A stretch of 63,899 nt of DNA, the filler included. It is 5 parts of 5 records of this genome, joined end to end, with 100 filler letters (N's around TTAATTAATTAA, not from the genome) between each part and the next. Parts side by side here need not be neighbours in the genome. Positions count along the whole stretch, not along the records: positions 30,377 to 39,035 come from SRR31156797_6380; positions 39,136 to 58,451 come from SRR31156797_6383; 3 more parts are not named here. The stretch is one strand, 5' to 3'. Within the stretch, counting starts at the first letter, position 1. Each line of letters starts with the position of its first letter. Below, one piece after another: positions 30,663 to 39,371 of this stretch. The position numbers and the translations under genes were made by a program. The notes beneath the pieces were generated by a model, which worked only from the letters and a program-made list of their open reading frames with translations, was not told where the DNA came from and did not search any database.

Positions 30663-30940
30663 GACTCCGCTATACCCACAGGGCCAGAGAAGATCTTGAT
30701 ATTGCTTTTGAGTGGTATGAAGATCAGCGGAGAGGTTTAGGTTTGGAATTTCTTGATTGTGTGGAAGCCGCCATTGAAACAATCCAACGAATGCCGAAGT
30801 TGTATGCCAGACAATACGATCATTTCAGGAGGGCTCTCGTGCGAAGGTTTCCCTTTTCCATTTTCTACACCATCGAAAAAATGGACATTGTGGTACACGC
30901 CATTTTTGATAACAGGCAAGATCCTGCCAGATTGCCATAA
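30659..30940 (+). CDS. Type II toxin, RelE/ParE family
   Basis: AREDLDIAFEWYE..GLGLEF, RRFPFSIFY and HAIFDNRQDP motifs. Confidence 0.9.
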   Translation: MRLRYTHRAREDLDIAFEWYEDQRRGLGLEFLDCVEAAIETIQRMPKLYARQYDHFRRALVRRFPFSIFYTIEKMDIVVHAIFDNRQDPARLP

Positions 30941-30967
30941 TTCTCTACAATTTACCCGAAGGGGGTA

Positions 30968-31789
30968 TCACGTTCCCCGCCGTCCCAGGGCGTACTTCCC
31001 CTGCTTTCCCGTAAAGGGCATGATCAGCAACCGGGGCAGGGTGACTTCGGAAGCGTCCCTGAACTGCCTTAAACCGATGGTCATTTTCAGGTGTCCGTCT
31101 TTGGGCTGAGCAACATAGGTGCCGAAGAATCGATCCCAAAAGGAGAGGTTGAACCCGAAGTTGCTGTTGGTTTCCCTGGGGTATATGGAGTGATGCACCC
31201 GGTGCATGTCCGGGGTGACCACCAGGAGCCTGAGTATCCGGTCGAAACATGACGGCAGTCCCACATTGCCGTGATTAAACATGGCCATGCCGTTCAGGAT
31301 CACTTCAAAGGCCACCACCGCCCCCGCCGGCGGCCCCAGTACCAATACCGCGGACATCTTGATGAGCATGGAAATGATGATTTCAATGGGATGAAACCGC
31401 AACCCCGTGGTCACATCGTAGTCCAGATCCGCATGGTGTACCATATGAAGCCGCCACAGCAGGGGGACCGCATGGAACATGAGATGCTGAAGATAAACCA
31501 CCATATCCAGTAAAACGATGGAAAGAATAAAGGATACCCCGTAAGGCATATCATAAAGGTTGAGGAGCCCCCACCCCTGTTCCCGGGCCTTGACGGCCAC
31601 CGTCACCGCCAGCACCGGGAAAAGAAGGCGCACCACAAGGGGGTTGAGTATTGTAAGGCCCATGTTCCATGTCCATCGGACGGCTTTTGAGGTGGTCCTT
31701 TTTCGTTTGGGCGCAATCACCTCCCATAAGGCCATCACCAGGAAGATCCCCAGAAAAAAACTCAGGCGGATAATGGCTGCTTTTTCCAT
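30968..31789 (-). CDS. Sterol desaturase / fatty acid hydroxylase family membrane di-iron enzyme
   Basis: His boxes QHLMFH, LHMVHH, FNHGN and MHRVHHS; NFGFNLSFWDRFFGT. Confidence 0.9.
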   Translation of the reverse strand: MEKAAIIRLSFFLGIFLVMALWEVIAPKRKRTTSKAVRWTWNMGLTILNPLVVRLLFPVLAVTVAVKAREQGWGLLNLYDMPYGVSFILSIVLLDMVVYLQHLMFHAVPLLWRLHMVHHADLDYDVTTGLRFHPIEIIISMLIKMSAVLVLGPPAGAVVAFEVILNGMAMFNHGNVGLPSCFDRILRLLVVTPDMHRVHHSIYPRETNSNFGFNLSFWDRFFGTYVAQPKDGHLKMTIGLRQFRDASEVTLPRLLIMPFTGKQGKYALGRRGT

Positions 31790-31813
31790 TGGATCACAGG
31801 TCCTTTCTTTTAT

Positions 31814-32635
31814 CTACCGAGCCCGGAGATTACCAATGATTTTTTCCCATAGATTAGAAAGGGAAGGCCCTGCTTTTGCGGCGGTGGCGATGACGGCATC
31901 AAGGGAAGTTTCCGCCATACAGTCCGGCAGGTTCATATTGGTAATGACGACGATGCCCAGGATCTTCATATTGCAATGGACCCCCACAATGGCCTGGGAA
32001 ACCGTGGACATACCCACCGCATCAGCGCCGATCATTTTTAAAAATCGCGTTTCCGCCGGTGTCTCAAGGGAAGGCCCCAGGACCCCCACATAGACACCCT
32101 GCTGCAGGGGAATCTTTTCATCAAGGGCCGCCTTACGGGCCAGACGCACCAGATGTGCGTCATAGACACGGGTCATATCGGGAAACCGGGGGCCGAAATC
32201 ATCCAGGTTTTGCCCGACCAGCGGATTAACCCCTTTCAGGTTGATATGGTCGGTCACAACCATGAGGTCACCCGCTTCAAATTGTGGATTCAAGCCGCCT
32301 GCCGCACTCGACATGAACAGGTATTTTGCACCCAGCATGGCCATGACCCTGACGGGAAATGTCACTTCCGCGGGTGAATACCCCTCATAAAGATGGAACC
32401 TCCCTTCAAGGGCCAGCACATACTTGCCGGCGATTGTGCCGCCCACCAGGTTTCCCGGATGTCCCTCCACCGTTGAGGTTGGGAAATGGGGGATCTCTTC
32501 AAAGGGGACACGAAAATCGACGGAAATTTTTTCGGTAAGGGTCCCCAGGCCCGTTCCCGTGATCATGCCGATCTCCGGTTTTTGTTTCATCAACGAAGCC
32601 AGATACCCAACGGTTTCTCTTATGTCACCCAGCAT
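31814..32635 (-). CDS. punA: Purine nucleoside phosphorylase (trimeric NP-I type)
   Basis: GTGLG, STVEGHPG, GRFHLYEG, GPSLETPAE and VGMSTV motifs. Confidence 0.92.
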   Translation of the reverse strand: MLGDIRETVGYLASLMKQKPEIGMITGTGLGTLTEKISVDFRVPFEEIPHFPTSTVEGHPGNLVGGTIAGKYVLALEGRFHLYEGYSPAEVTFPVRVMAMLGAKYLFMSSAAGGLNPQFEAGDLMVVTDHINLKGVNPLVGQNLDDFGPRFPDMTRVYDAHLVRLARKAALDEKIPLQQGVYVGVLGPSLETPAETRFLKMIGADAVGMSTVSQAIVGVHCNMKILGIVVITNMNLPDCMAETSLDAVIATAAKAGPSLSNLWEKIIGNLRAR

Positions 32636-33004
32636 ATAATCCCTCCTACGGTTTTTGTTTTTCCGGTTTATGACAGGTCCCCTCCAAAGTCAACATCAGA
32701 AAGCGTCTACGGTTCTTTTCCGAGAGGCCATGAAGACATGGTATTACAGCCTTGTGTGCCTGTAGATCAATGGCTGTGTGGTAAAAAGGACACCCTTTTA
32801 AACATTTTTTGTAGTCGATTATGGGCACCCTGTTGACCTGTTTTTTGGAAACAGGCTTTTAAAATACGCAACGCAATATCTCAAAATGGAAAATATTTTC
32901 CCTTAAAACATTGAAAAACTCAATACATTACATATATTTGTTTTTAAATGTACCTTGTTTTTCGCGTATTTCACCGTTTAAAAACCTAAGAAGAGATCCA
33001 ATTG

Positions 33005-33020
33005 TGGTACGTATTTTGCT
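33005..33020 (+). promoter_or_regulatory. Sigma54 (-24/-12) promoter
   Basis: TGGTACGTATTTTGCT has GG-N10-GC spacing, lies about 65 nt before the SLT start, and has AT-rich DNA upstream. Confidence 0.7.
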
Positions 33021-33084
33021 CGACCGCTCTTGCTTTGATGGTAAAGAAAAATATTTAAATTCACTCCAGCACAGGAGGTTCATC

Positions 33085-33726
33085 ATGGAGGAAAGTTCAA
33101 TATCATGGCCTTTTTCAGGGCCTGATGCCCATCACCCATATTTCAGGGTGGTTTATCTATTGCTTGTTTTCAGTCTCTTTTTTTTGATCCATGCTCAATC
33201 CGCACCCGGGGCGGACCCGGAGAAAACATCCCTGTCGAAACCCCACGAAATTTCACATCTCACAACCCTGGCCAGTGCCGGTATTTCCATCACACCGGTT
33301 CGGAAAACCAAATCGGATCGCTTTAACCGAATCATCACCAGCGCTGCTGACCGCTACAAAGTGGATACGGCCCTGATTAAGGCTGTGATTATGGCTGAAT
33401 CCGCATACAATCCCAAGGCCATCTCAAAACAGGGGGCAAAGGGGCTGATGCAACTCATGCCCGGAACCGCCCGTGCCTTGGGCGTGAAGAACGTTTTCAA
33501 CCCGGCCCATAACATCAATGGTGGCGTCAAATACCTGCGGCAACTCCTTGATGACTTTAACGATAACGTTAAACTGGCCCTGGCGGCCTATAATGCCGGA
33601 TCCAGCAAGGTTAAGCGGCATAAGGGAATCCCTCCCATTAAGGCAACCAGGCATTACGTCAAAAAGGTTTTCGCTTATTATCATCATTATAAAAAAGAGA
33701 TGGTCCGCGAAACAAAAAAGGTCTGA
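33085..33726 (+). CDS. Lytic transglycosylase (SLT domain) with N-terminal hydrophobic segment
   Basis: AVIMAES, GAKGLMQLMP and ALAAYNAG motifs; AGGAGG SD before the ATG at 33085. Confidence 0.9.
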   Translation: MEESSISWPFSGPDAHHPYFRVVYLLLVFSLFFLIHAQSAPGADPEKTSLSKPHEISHLTTLASAGISITPVRKTKSDRFNRIITSAADRYKVDTALIKAVIMAESAYNPKAISKQGAKGLMQLMPGTARALGVKNVFNPAHNINGGVKYLRQLLDDFNDNVKLALAAYNAGSSKVKRHKGIPPIKATRHYVKKVFAYYHHYKKEMVRETKKV

Positions 33727-33742
33727 TTTTTTTGGCTTCCCG

Positions 33743-33777
33743 CGGCATGGGGATATCAAAAATATATCCTCATGCCG
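33743..33777 (+). terminator. Stem-loop after the SLT gene
   Basis: Inverted repeat CGGCATGGGGATAT...ATATCCTCATGCCG. Confidence 0.55.
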
Positions 33778-33894
33778 TCATATCCCTTTAAATTCCATCC
33801 TTACCGTTTTATACCGATTTTTGCCCTTGACCTGTTTCTCGCATTTAATATAAGAATACGGCGGAGATGACGATCCAAAAGGAAAAACAAAAGA

Positions 33895-34893
33895 ATGAAA
33901 CAAATTATCGAAGATTTGAAAAATCCGGCAGCCCTACCTGAAAAAACATCCAAAGTGGATGTGGTTCAAACCCATATCTCCGTGGTCTTTGTGGCGGATT
34001 CATTTGTCTACAAGGTTAAGAAGCCCGTGAATTTCGGATTTTTGGATTTTTCAACCCTTGAAAAGCGACAGCATTATTGTCATCGGGAAGTGACCCTTAA
34101 CCGAAGACTGGCCAGGGATCTATATTTGGATGTCCTTCCCGTAACCCTGGTGAACGGAACATATACCTTGAACGGGCAGGGGCATGAACCCGTTGAGTAC
34201 GCCGTAAAAATGAAGCGGATTCCGGATGATCGCTTGATGAAGTCGCTTTTTGAAGCGGGTAAAATTACGCCTGAACACTTGATGGAAATCGCAAGGGTCC
34301 TATCGGAATTTCATTTCACCGCCGAGACCGGTCCGGAGATTTCCAAATATGCGGAACCCGAAAAATTCAAAATCAATACGGATGAAAATTTCCAGCAGGT
34401 CCAAAACCGTTGCGGTTTAACCATTTCAAAAGAACAATTCCGGGACATACGGGCCTATACGGATGATTTTTATAAATCCCATGGTGATCTGTTTTTCAAA
34501 AGAATTGCCAAAGGCCGGATCAGGGACTGCCACGGCGACCTTCACATGGAGCACGTCTGTCTCATGCCGGGCTTGCCCATTATCGATTGCATCGAATTCA
34601 ACGAGCGTTTTCGATTCAGTGATGCCATTGCGGATATGGCATTCCTATTGATGGATCTGGAATACCACGGGGGGGTGAAAGATGCAGAAATTCTCTGGAA
34701 TCATTACAAGGATCTTTCAAAGGAAGACCATGTGGATCATCTGCTCACGTTTTATAAAGTTTACAGGGCATTTGTCCGGGGCAAAGTGAATGGATTTCAA
34801 CTGGATGATCCCGCCATCGGGGATGCGGAAAAAGCGGAAGCCGTAAGACGCGCAAAGTCCTACTTTAACCTGGCCCATGGCTATATTGCCTAG
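33895..34893 (+). CDS. Aminoglycoside-phosphotransferase-like kinase (N-terminal half of COG2187-type proteins)
   Basis: QTHIS, YKVKKPVNFGFLDF, RDCHGDLH and IDCIEFN motifs. Confidence 0.88.
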   Translation: MKQIIEDLKNPAALPEKTSKVDVVQTHISVVFVADSFVYKVKKPVNFGFLDFSTLEKRQHYCHREVTLNRRLARDLYLDVLPVTLVNGTYTLNGQGHEPVEYAVKMKRIPDDRLMKSLFEAGKITPEHLMEIARVLSEFHFTAETGPEISKYAEPEKFKINTDENFQQVQNRCGLTISKEQFRDIRAYTDDFYKSHGDLFFKRIAKGRIRDCHGDLHMEHVCLMPGLPIIDCIEFNERFRFSDAIADMAFLLMDLEYHGGVKDAEILWNHYKDLSKEDHVDHLLTFYKVYRAFVRGKVNGFQLDDPAIGDAEKAEAVRRAKSYFNLAHGYIA

Positions 34894-34914
34894 CGTCCAA
34901 CTACTCGGAGCCAT

Positions 34915-35520
34915 ATGATGAAGGAAGCTTTTATCGATTTTATGAACAAAGAACTGGAACCCAACACCGTCCTGATCGCATGCGGCCTTCCCGCGTCCTA
35001 CAAGACGGAAACCACGGAAGTCATTGCAGACCTGAAAGGATATCGCATATTGAGATCGGATCTGATCCGCCTTAAGGTGCTGAAGCATGACGACATTTTT
35101 GATGAGAAAAAAGCTGCCAGCATGAAAAAGCGAACCCTTGTCTATGACGAAATGTTCAGGATGGCGGATGAGGCGGCCGGAAAAGGGGAGGGGATCATCC
35201 TGGATGCCACCTTCGTGACCCAGTCCCTCAGACGGCGTGCCGCAAAAGTGGCCGCGGATCATGGAAAAACCCTGGTGATCCAGCAGACCCAATGTCCCAA
35301 AGAGGTGTCATTGGACCGCATTTCAAAGCGAACCGAGGAAAATTATGAATCCAATGCGCTGACGGAAGTGGCCTATACCAATAACGTCAAGAAATTTGAA
35401 CCGGTTGACCTGGAAGACTTGAAACAGCGTCATCCGGCCCTGAAGGTGGTTCATCTGCTGGTGGATACCACCTCTGATTTGACCGACCAATGGCATGTGA
35501 TCAATAAAAAGACGGCGTAA
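34915..35520 (+). CDS. P-loop kinase, AAA_33/COG0645 type
   Basis: Degenerate Walker A CGLPASYKT; LRSDLIR and IILDATF motifs. Confidence 0.8.
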   Translation: MMKEAFIDFMNKELEPNTVLIACGLPASYKTETTEVIADLKGYRILRSDLIRLKVLKHDDIFDEKKAASMKKRTLVYDEMFRMADEAAGKGEGIILDATFVTQSLRRRAAKVAADHGKTLVIQQTQCPKEVSLDRISKRTEENYESNALTEVAYTNNVKKFEPVDLEDLKQRHPALKVVHLLVDTTSDLTDQWHVINKKTA

Positions 35521-35524
35521 AGAT

Positions 35525-36415
35525 ATGTCATCAAAATCTGTTGGAATTATATACAAACATCATCACGAACCGGCAAGAACCGAGGCCCGGAAACTGGAGA
35601 CCTGGTTTGAAAATCGCGGCATTACGGTATTTTCCCAGGAAATGAACGCTGAAACGGTGGAGGACGGCACTTCCCGGAAAACCCTTTTCATCCCGAAGGA
35701 CGTGGACTGGGTTCTGGTTCTGGGTGGAGACGGCACCTTGCTGGGAGCGGCCCGCCAGGTGGGAAGATACGGCGCCCCCATCCTGGGGGTCAACCTGGGG
35801 GGGCTCGGGTTTCTAACCTGTATCCCGTTGGAGCGGCTCTATCCGGTGGTTGAAACCATGGTCAGCGGCGGTCTTCAGGTGGAAAGCCGGATGATGCTTG
35901 AAACAACCGTGTTGAGGGATCAAAAAGAGGTCATCCGCTTTCAAGTTTTAAATGATGTGGTCATCAACAAAAGCACCCTTGCCAGAATCATAGATCTTAA
36001 CGTGGCCATCAATGATGTCTTTGTGACCACATTCAGGGCCGATGGTCTTATTATCTCCACCCCCACGGGGTCCACCGGTTACAACCTCTCGGCGGGAGGT
36101 CCCATCCTGTATCCCACCATTGAAACATTTGTAATAACCCCCATTTGCCCCTTTACCCTCACCAATCGGCCGATCATCGTACCGGATACCGCCGTCGTCG
36201 GCATAGAGCTGGGTCGGGAAAGTGAGGAGACCGTTCTCCTCACCTTTGACGGTCAGGTGGGGTTTGACCTTCAACACGGTGACAAGGTCAATATTTTCAA
36301 ATCAAAGGAAAAAATTAATCTTTTTAAACCCCCTGATCAGGATCATTTCCGCATTCTCCGAACAAAACTCATGTGGGGAGGCGTCACCTACAACAAACAT
36401 AGGGAGCTTTCCTGA
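35525..36415 (+). CDS. nadK: NAD kinase
   Basis: GGDGT, GVNLGGLGFL, LND and DGLIISTPTGSTGYNLSAGGP motifs. Confidence 0.95.
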   Translation: MSSKSVGIIYKHHHEPARTEARKLETWFENRGITVFSQEMNAETVEDGTSRKTLFIPKDVDWVLVLGGDGTLLGAARQVGRYGAPILGVNLGGLGFLTCIPLERLYPVVETMVSGGLQVESRMMLETTVLRDQKEVIRFQVLNDVVINKSTLARIIDLNVAINDVFVTTFRADGLIISTPTGSTGYNLSAGGPILYPTIETFVITPICPFTLTNRPIIVPDTAVVGIELGRESEETVLLTFDGQVGFDLQHGDKVNIFKSKEKINLFKPPDQDHFRILRTKLMWGGVTYNKHRELS

Positions 36416-36434
36416 TGCTTCAGGATGCAATCGC

Positions 36435-36656
36435 TTGAACAGCGTTAAAAAGATATTCAAGGTAGACCGAAGGGAAATCCATTTTCTGAGGTTCACCCTT
36501 GAATCCTATGACGGGATGGCCCTTGTTTCCACCATCGATCCGCATCTGGCATTGATCGAAGTATCCATGGCGCCGGGTTGTGAGGTACTGGTTCTTGAAT
36601 TGATGGATGCCTTAAAAGATGAAGGGTTGAACATTTCACCCCCCAATGAGGTGTAG
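36435..36656 (+). CDS. DUF4911 family protein
   Basis: DRREIHFLRFTLESYDGMALVSTID pattern; located directly before miaB; TTG start inferred. Confidence 0.75.
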   Translation: MNSVKKIFKVDRREIHFLRFTLESYDGMALVSTIDPHLALIEVSMAPGCEVLVLELMDALKDEGLNISPPNEV

Positions 36657-36658
36657 GA

Positions 36659-37978
36659 TTGAATAAGCGTTTTCATATCAAAACCATGGGCTGCCAGATG
36701 AATGAATATGATTCCGATTTTCTGGCACAGTCCCTGATCCAAAACGGTTTTTCCCCGGAAAATGAAGTCCGCCGGGCGGATGTCATATTGATCAATACCT
36801 GTGCCGTTCGGGCCAAACCGGAACAGAAAGCCTGCAGTTTCCTCGGGCGGATGGCGGATCTCAAAGAAAGGAATCCGGAACTGATTGTCGGCATGATCGG
36901 TTGCCTTGCCCAGATGAAGGGAAAGGAATTGATGAAAAGATTCCCCCTGCTCGATTTTGTCATGGGTCCACGGGAGCTGGGTCGAATCATTGAAATTATA
37001 GGCGAAATCCATGACAGACGTCAAAAGATTGTGGCCACGGGGTTGAAGGGTGCGCCGCCGTCCCCCGTAAACTGTTCGGGATATTTCCGGAATCAGACAT
37101 CGGGCTTTATTTCCATCATGGAAGGATGTAATAATTTTTGCAGTTACTGCATTGTTCCGTATGTCAGGGGGCGTGAATACTTCCGCCCGCCCGGGGATAT
37201 CCTTGATGAGGCCGAACACCTTCTATCCGAGGGGATACGGGAAATAACCCTGCTGGGCCAGAATGTCAATTCATATACATGGGATGATAGCAAATCTTGG
37301 AATTTCGCATCCTTGCTCCATGCCATGGATGATCTTGAGGATCTGCGCAGACTCCGCTTTACCACTTCCCACCCAAAAGACCTTTCCGATGACCTAATTG
37401 GGTGTTTCCGGCAAATAAACAAGCTGGCAGGCCATATTCACCTGCCGTTTCAAGCGGGCAGCAACCGCATTTTGAAATTGATGCGGCGGGGGTATACACG
37501 GGAAGGATACCTGGAACGGATCGCGAAATTGAGAACATATCAAGCGGATATTGCCATTACAAGCGATGTTATGGTAGGATTTCCGGGGGAAACGGAGGAA
37601 GATTTCCAGCTTACCCTTGATTTACTACAACATGTGGAATTTGATTCACTTTTTTCCTTTAAATACTCTGATCGCGAAGGAACGCCCGCGGCAAAGATGC
37701 CGGACAAAGTCGATGAAAGGGTCAAAGTATCACGGCTTAAGCGCCTTCAGGATCTCCAGAACGGCATCACCCTTATCAAGAACAGACACCTGGAAGGCCG
37801 GCAGTTGAAGGTGCTGGTGGAAGGGACAAGCAAAAAGGGAGGACAGCTTACGGGGAGAACCGGTTCCAATAAAGTTGTCAATTTTGATGGGGACGTCCGT
37901 TTGATCGGAAAACCGGTTGAAGTTCTCATCCGGGAGTCTTACCTTAATTCACTTAAGGGTGAATTAATCAGGTTTTAG
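36659..37978 (+). CDS. miaB: tRNA-2-methylthio-N6-dimethylallyladenosine synthase
   Basis: GCQMNEYDS, NTCAVR, radical SAM motif CNNFCSYC, LLGQNVNSY, RFTTSHP and a C-terminal TRAM domain. Confidence 0.95.
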   Translation: MNKRFHIKTMGCQMNEYDSDFLAQSLIQNGFSPENEVRRADVILINTCAVRAKPEQKACSFLGRMADLKERNPELIVGMIGCLAQMKGKELMKRFPLLDFVMGPRELGRIIEIIGEIHDRRQKIVATGLKGAPPSPVNCSGYFRNQTSGFISIMEGCNNFCSYCIVPYVRGREYFRPPGDILDEAEHLLSEGIREITLLGQNVNSYTWDDSKSWNFASLLHAMDDLEDLRRLRFTTSHPKDLSDDLIGCFRQINKLAGHIHLPFQAGSNRILKLMRRGYTREGYLERIAKLRTYQADIAITSDVMVGFPGETEEDFQLTLDLLQHVEFDSLFSFKYSDREGTPAAKMPDKVDERVKVSRLKRLQDLQNGITLIKNRHLEGRQLKVLVEGTSKKGGQLTGRTGSNKVVNFDGDVRLIGKPVEVLIRESYLNSLKGELIRF

Positions 37979-37993
37979 GCATAGAATATATCC

Positions 37994-38887
37994 ATGAAAA
38001 AGAATGACATTACATATGGAAACGAACATGTTCTGCTGGTCGATGATGAAGATATCGTCAGGGAACCCATTTCAGCCATGTTGCGACACCTAGGGTTCAA
38101 AGTGGATAGCGCTGTGAGCGGTGCGGAAGCGCTGGAGAAATTCAAAACAAATGCCTACAGTTTTTTGTTAACGGACATCCGAATGCCGGGGATTGATGGA
38201 CTCGAGTTGATCAGAACCGTCAAAAGAGAGTACCCGGAGGTATGTGCCATCGCCATGACCGGGTATAGCAAAGAATATAAATATGTGGAAACCATCAATG
38301 CCGGCGCCACGGATTTTGTGAACAAACCGTTCGGCATTGAAGAAATCGAAGCCAAATTCAAGCGGGGCATTATTGAACGAAACATTCGGCAGGAACTGAA
38401 CCGGCTTTCCATCACGGATTCCTTGACCGGTCTTTACAACCAGCGGCACTTCTATGATCGCCTCAACGAGGAAATTGTCCGGGCGGAGCGGCAAAATCAC
38501 GACCTCGCGTTGATCCTTCTGGATCTCGATGATTTTAAACAATTCAATGACAATTTCGGCCACCTGGCGGGAGATGATCTGCTCCATAAGGTGGGTGCCG
38601 TCATCAACGGAAAAATGCGGCAAAATGTGGATTCCGGATATCGCTATGGCGGGGATGAATTTGCCGTCATGTTGATTGAAGCGGATGAGCCCGTCGCAAA
38701 AATGATGGCCAATCGTATCAAATCAGGAATTCTGGAGGATTGCCGTATTTCAGCCAGCAGCGGTTATGCTGTTTTTAAACAGGGGCTCAGTTCTGAAGCG
38801 TTGGTGGGTGAGGCGGACCGTAAATTATATGAAGACAAGGCCCGCAATAAAGCCGAAAAGGCCGCCATGGGAAATCATAAAAAGTAA
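37994..38887 (+). CDS. Response regulator-diguanylate cyclase (REC-GGDEF)
   Basis: LVDDE and TDIRMP receiver motifs; DSLTGLYN and RYGGDEF; no RxxD I-site evident. Confidence 0.93.
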   Translation: MKKNDITYGNEHVLLVDDEDIVREPISAMLRHLGFKVDSAVSGAEALEKFKTNAYSFLLTDIRMPGIDGLELIRTVKREYPEVCAIAMTGYSKEYKYVETINAGATDFVNKPFGIEEIEAKFKRGIIERNIRQELNRLSITDSLTGLYNQRHFYDRLNEEIVRAERQNHDLALILLDLDDFKQFNDNFGHLAGDDLLHKVGAVINGKMRQNVDSGYRYGGDEFAVMLIEADEPVAKMMANRIKSGILEDCRISASSGYAVFKQGLSSEALVGEADRKLYEDKARNKAEKAAMGNHKK

Positions 38888-38915
38888 ACGGAGGTCATAT
38901 GGACCCCGTCTGGAA

Positions 38916-38943
38916 ATGTCTGATAATAAATATTATGTAAACT
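38916..38943 (+). other. dif: dif site (XerC/XerD chromosome dimer resolution site)
   Basis: ATGTCTGATAA-TAAATA-TTATGTAAACT has the 11-6-11 architecture with a near-canonical XerD arm and is intergenic. Confidence 0.85.
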
Positions 38944-39035
38944 TAATGGTCCGGGTTGGTTTTTTCACGTCTCCTTCTTTGTTTGCTGCCCTTTCGAAAA
39001 ATAGCGGTCAGTACTGACGCACGAGTATGAAGATC

Positions 39036-39135
39036 NNNNNNNNNNNNNNNNNNNNNNNNNNNNNNNNNNNNNNNNNNNNTTAATTAATTAANNNNNNNNN
39101 NNNNNNNNNNNNNNNNNNNNNNNNNNNNNNNNNNN
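39036..39135. other. Artificial contig spacer
   Basis: N44-TTAATTAATTAA-N44. Confidence 0.99.
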
Positions 39136-39136
39136 G

Positions 39137-39256
39137 GATCGGCAGCGGCTGCGGCAGATGATCCGCAACGCTAAAAAAGAAAAAGCCGGGAAGGGCAAAT
39201 CCTCAAAATCCCAAAAAGCCCTTGAGGAGATGCTCAACAGTGCTTTGGCCCAATGA
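39137..39256 (+). CDS. yjgA: C-terminal fragment of ribosome-associated protein YjgA/DarP (DUF615)
   Basis: Translates DRQRLRQMIRNAKKEKAGKGKSSKSQKALEEML..., matching the DRQxLRQLIRNAKKE family motif. Confidence 0.75.
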   Translation, partial: DRQRLRQMIRNAKKEKAGKGKSSKSQKALEEMLNSALAQ

Positions 39257-39371
39257 GTGTTTTTGTTGGGATTTTTTTCAAAGCTAGGGAATCTGAAAAA
39301 GACAAGGGATCAATTCTTTCTTTATCACATTTATCTTTCGTTATGGGGTCTTTTATTTAAAGGAAATTTTT

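Noticed and set aside
30377-30967. TA module as an integron gene cassette
   Set aside because: No complete attC (paired R and L boxes) could be found after the toxin gene.
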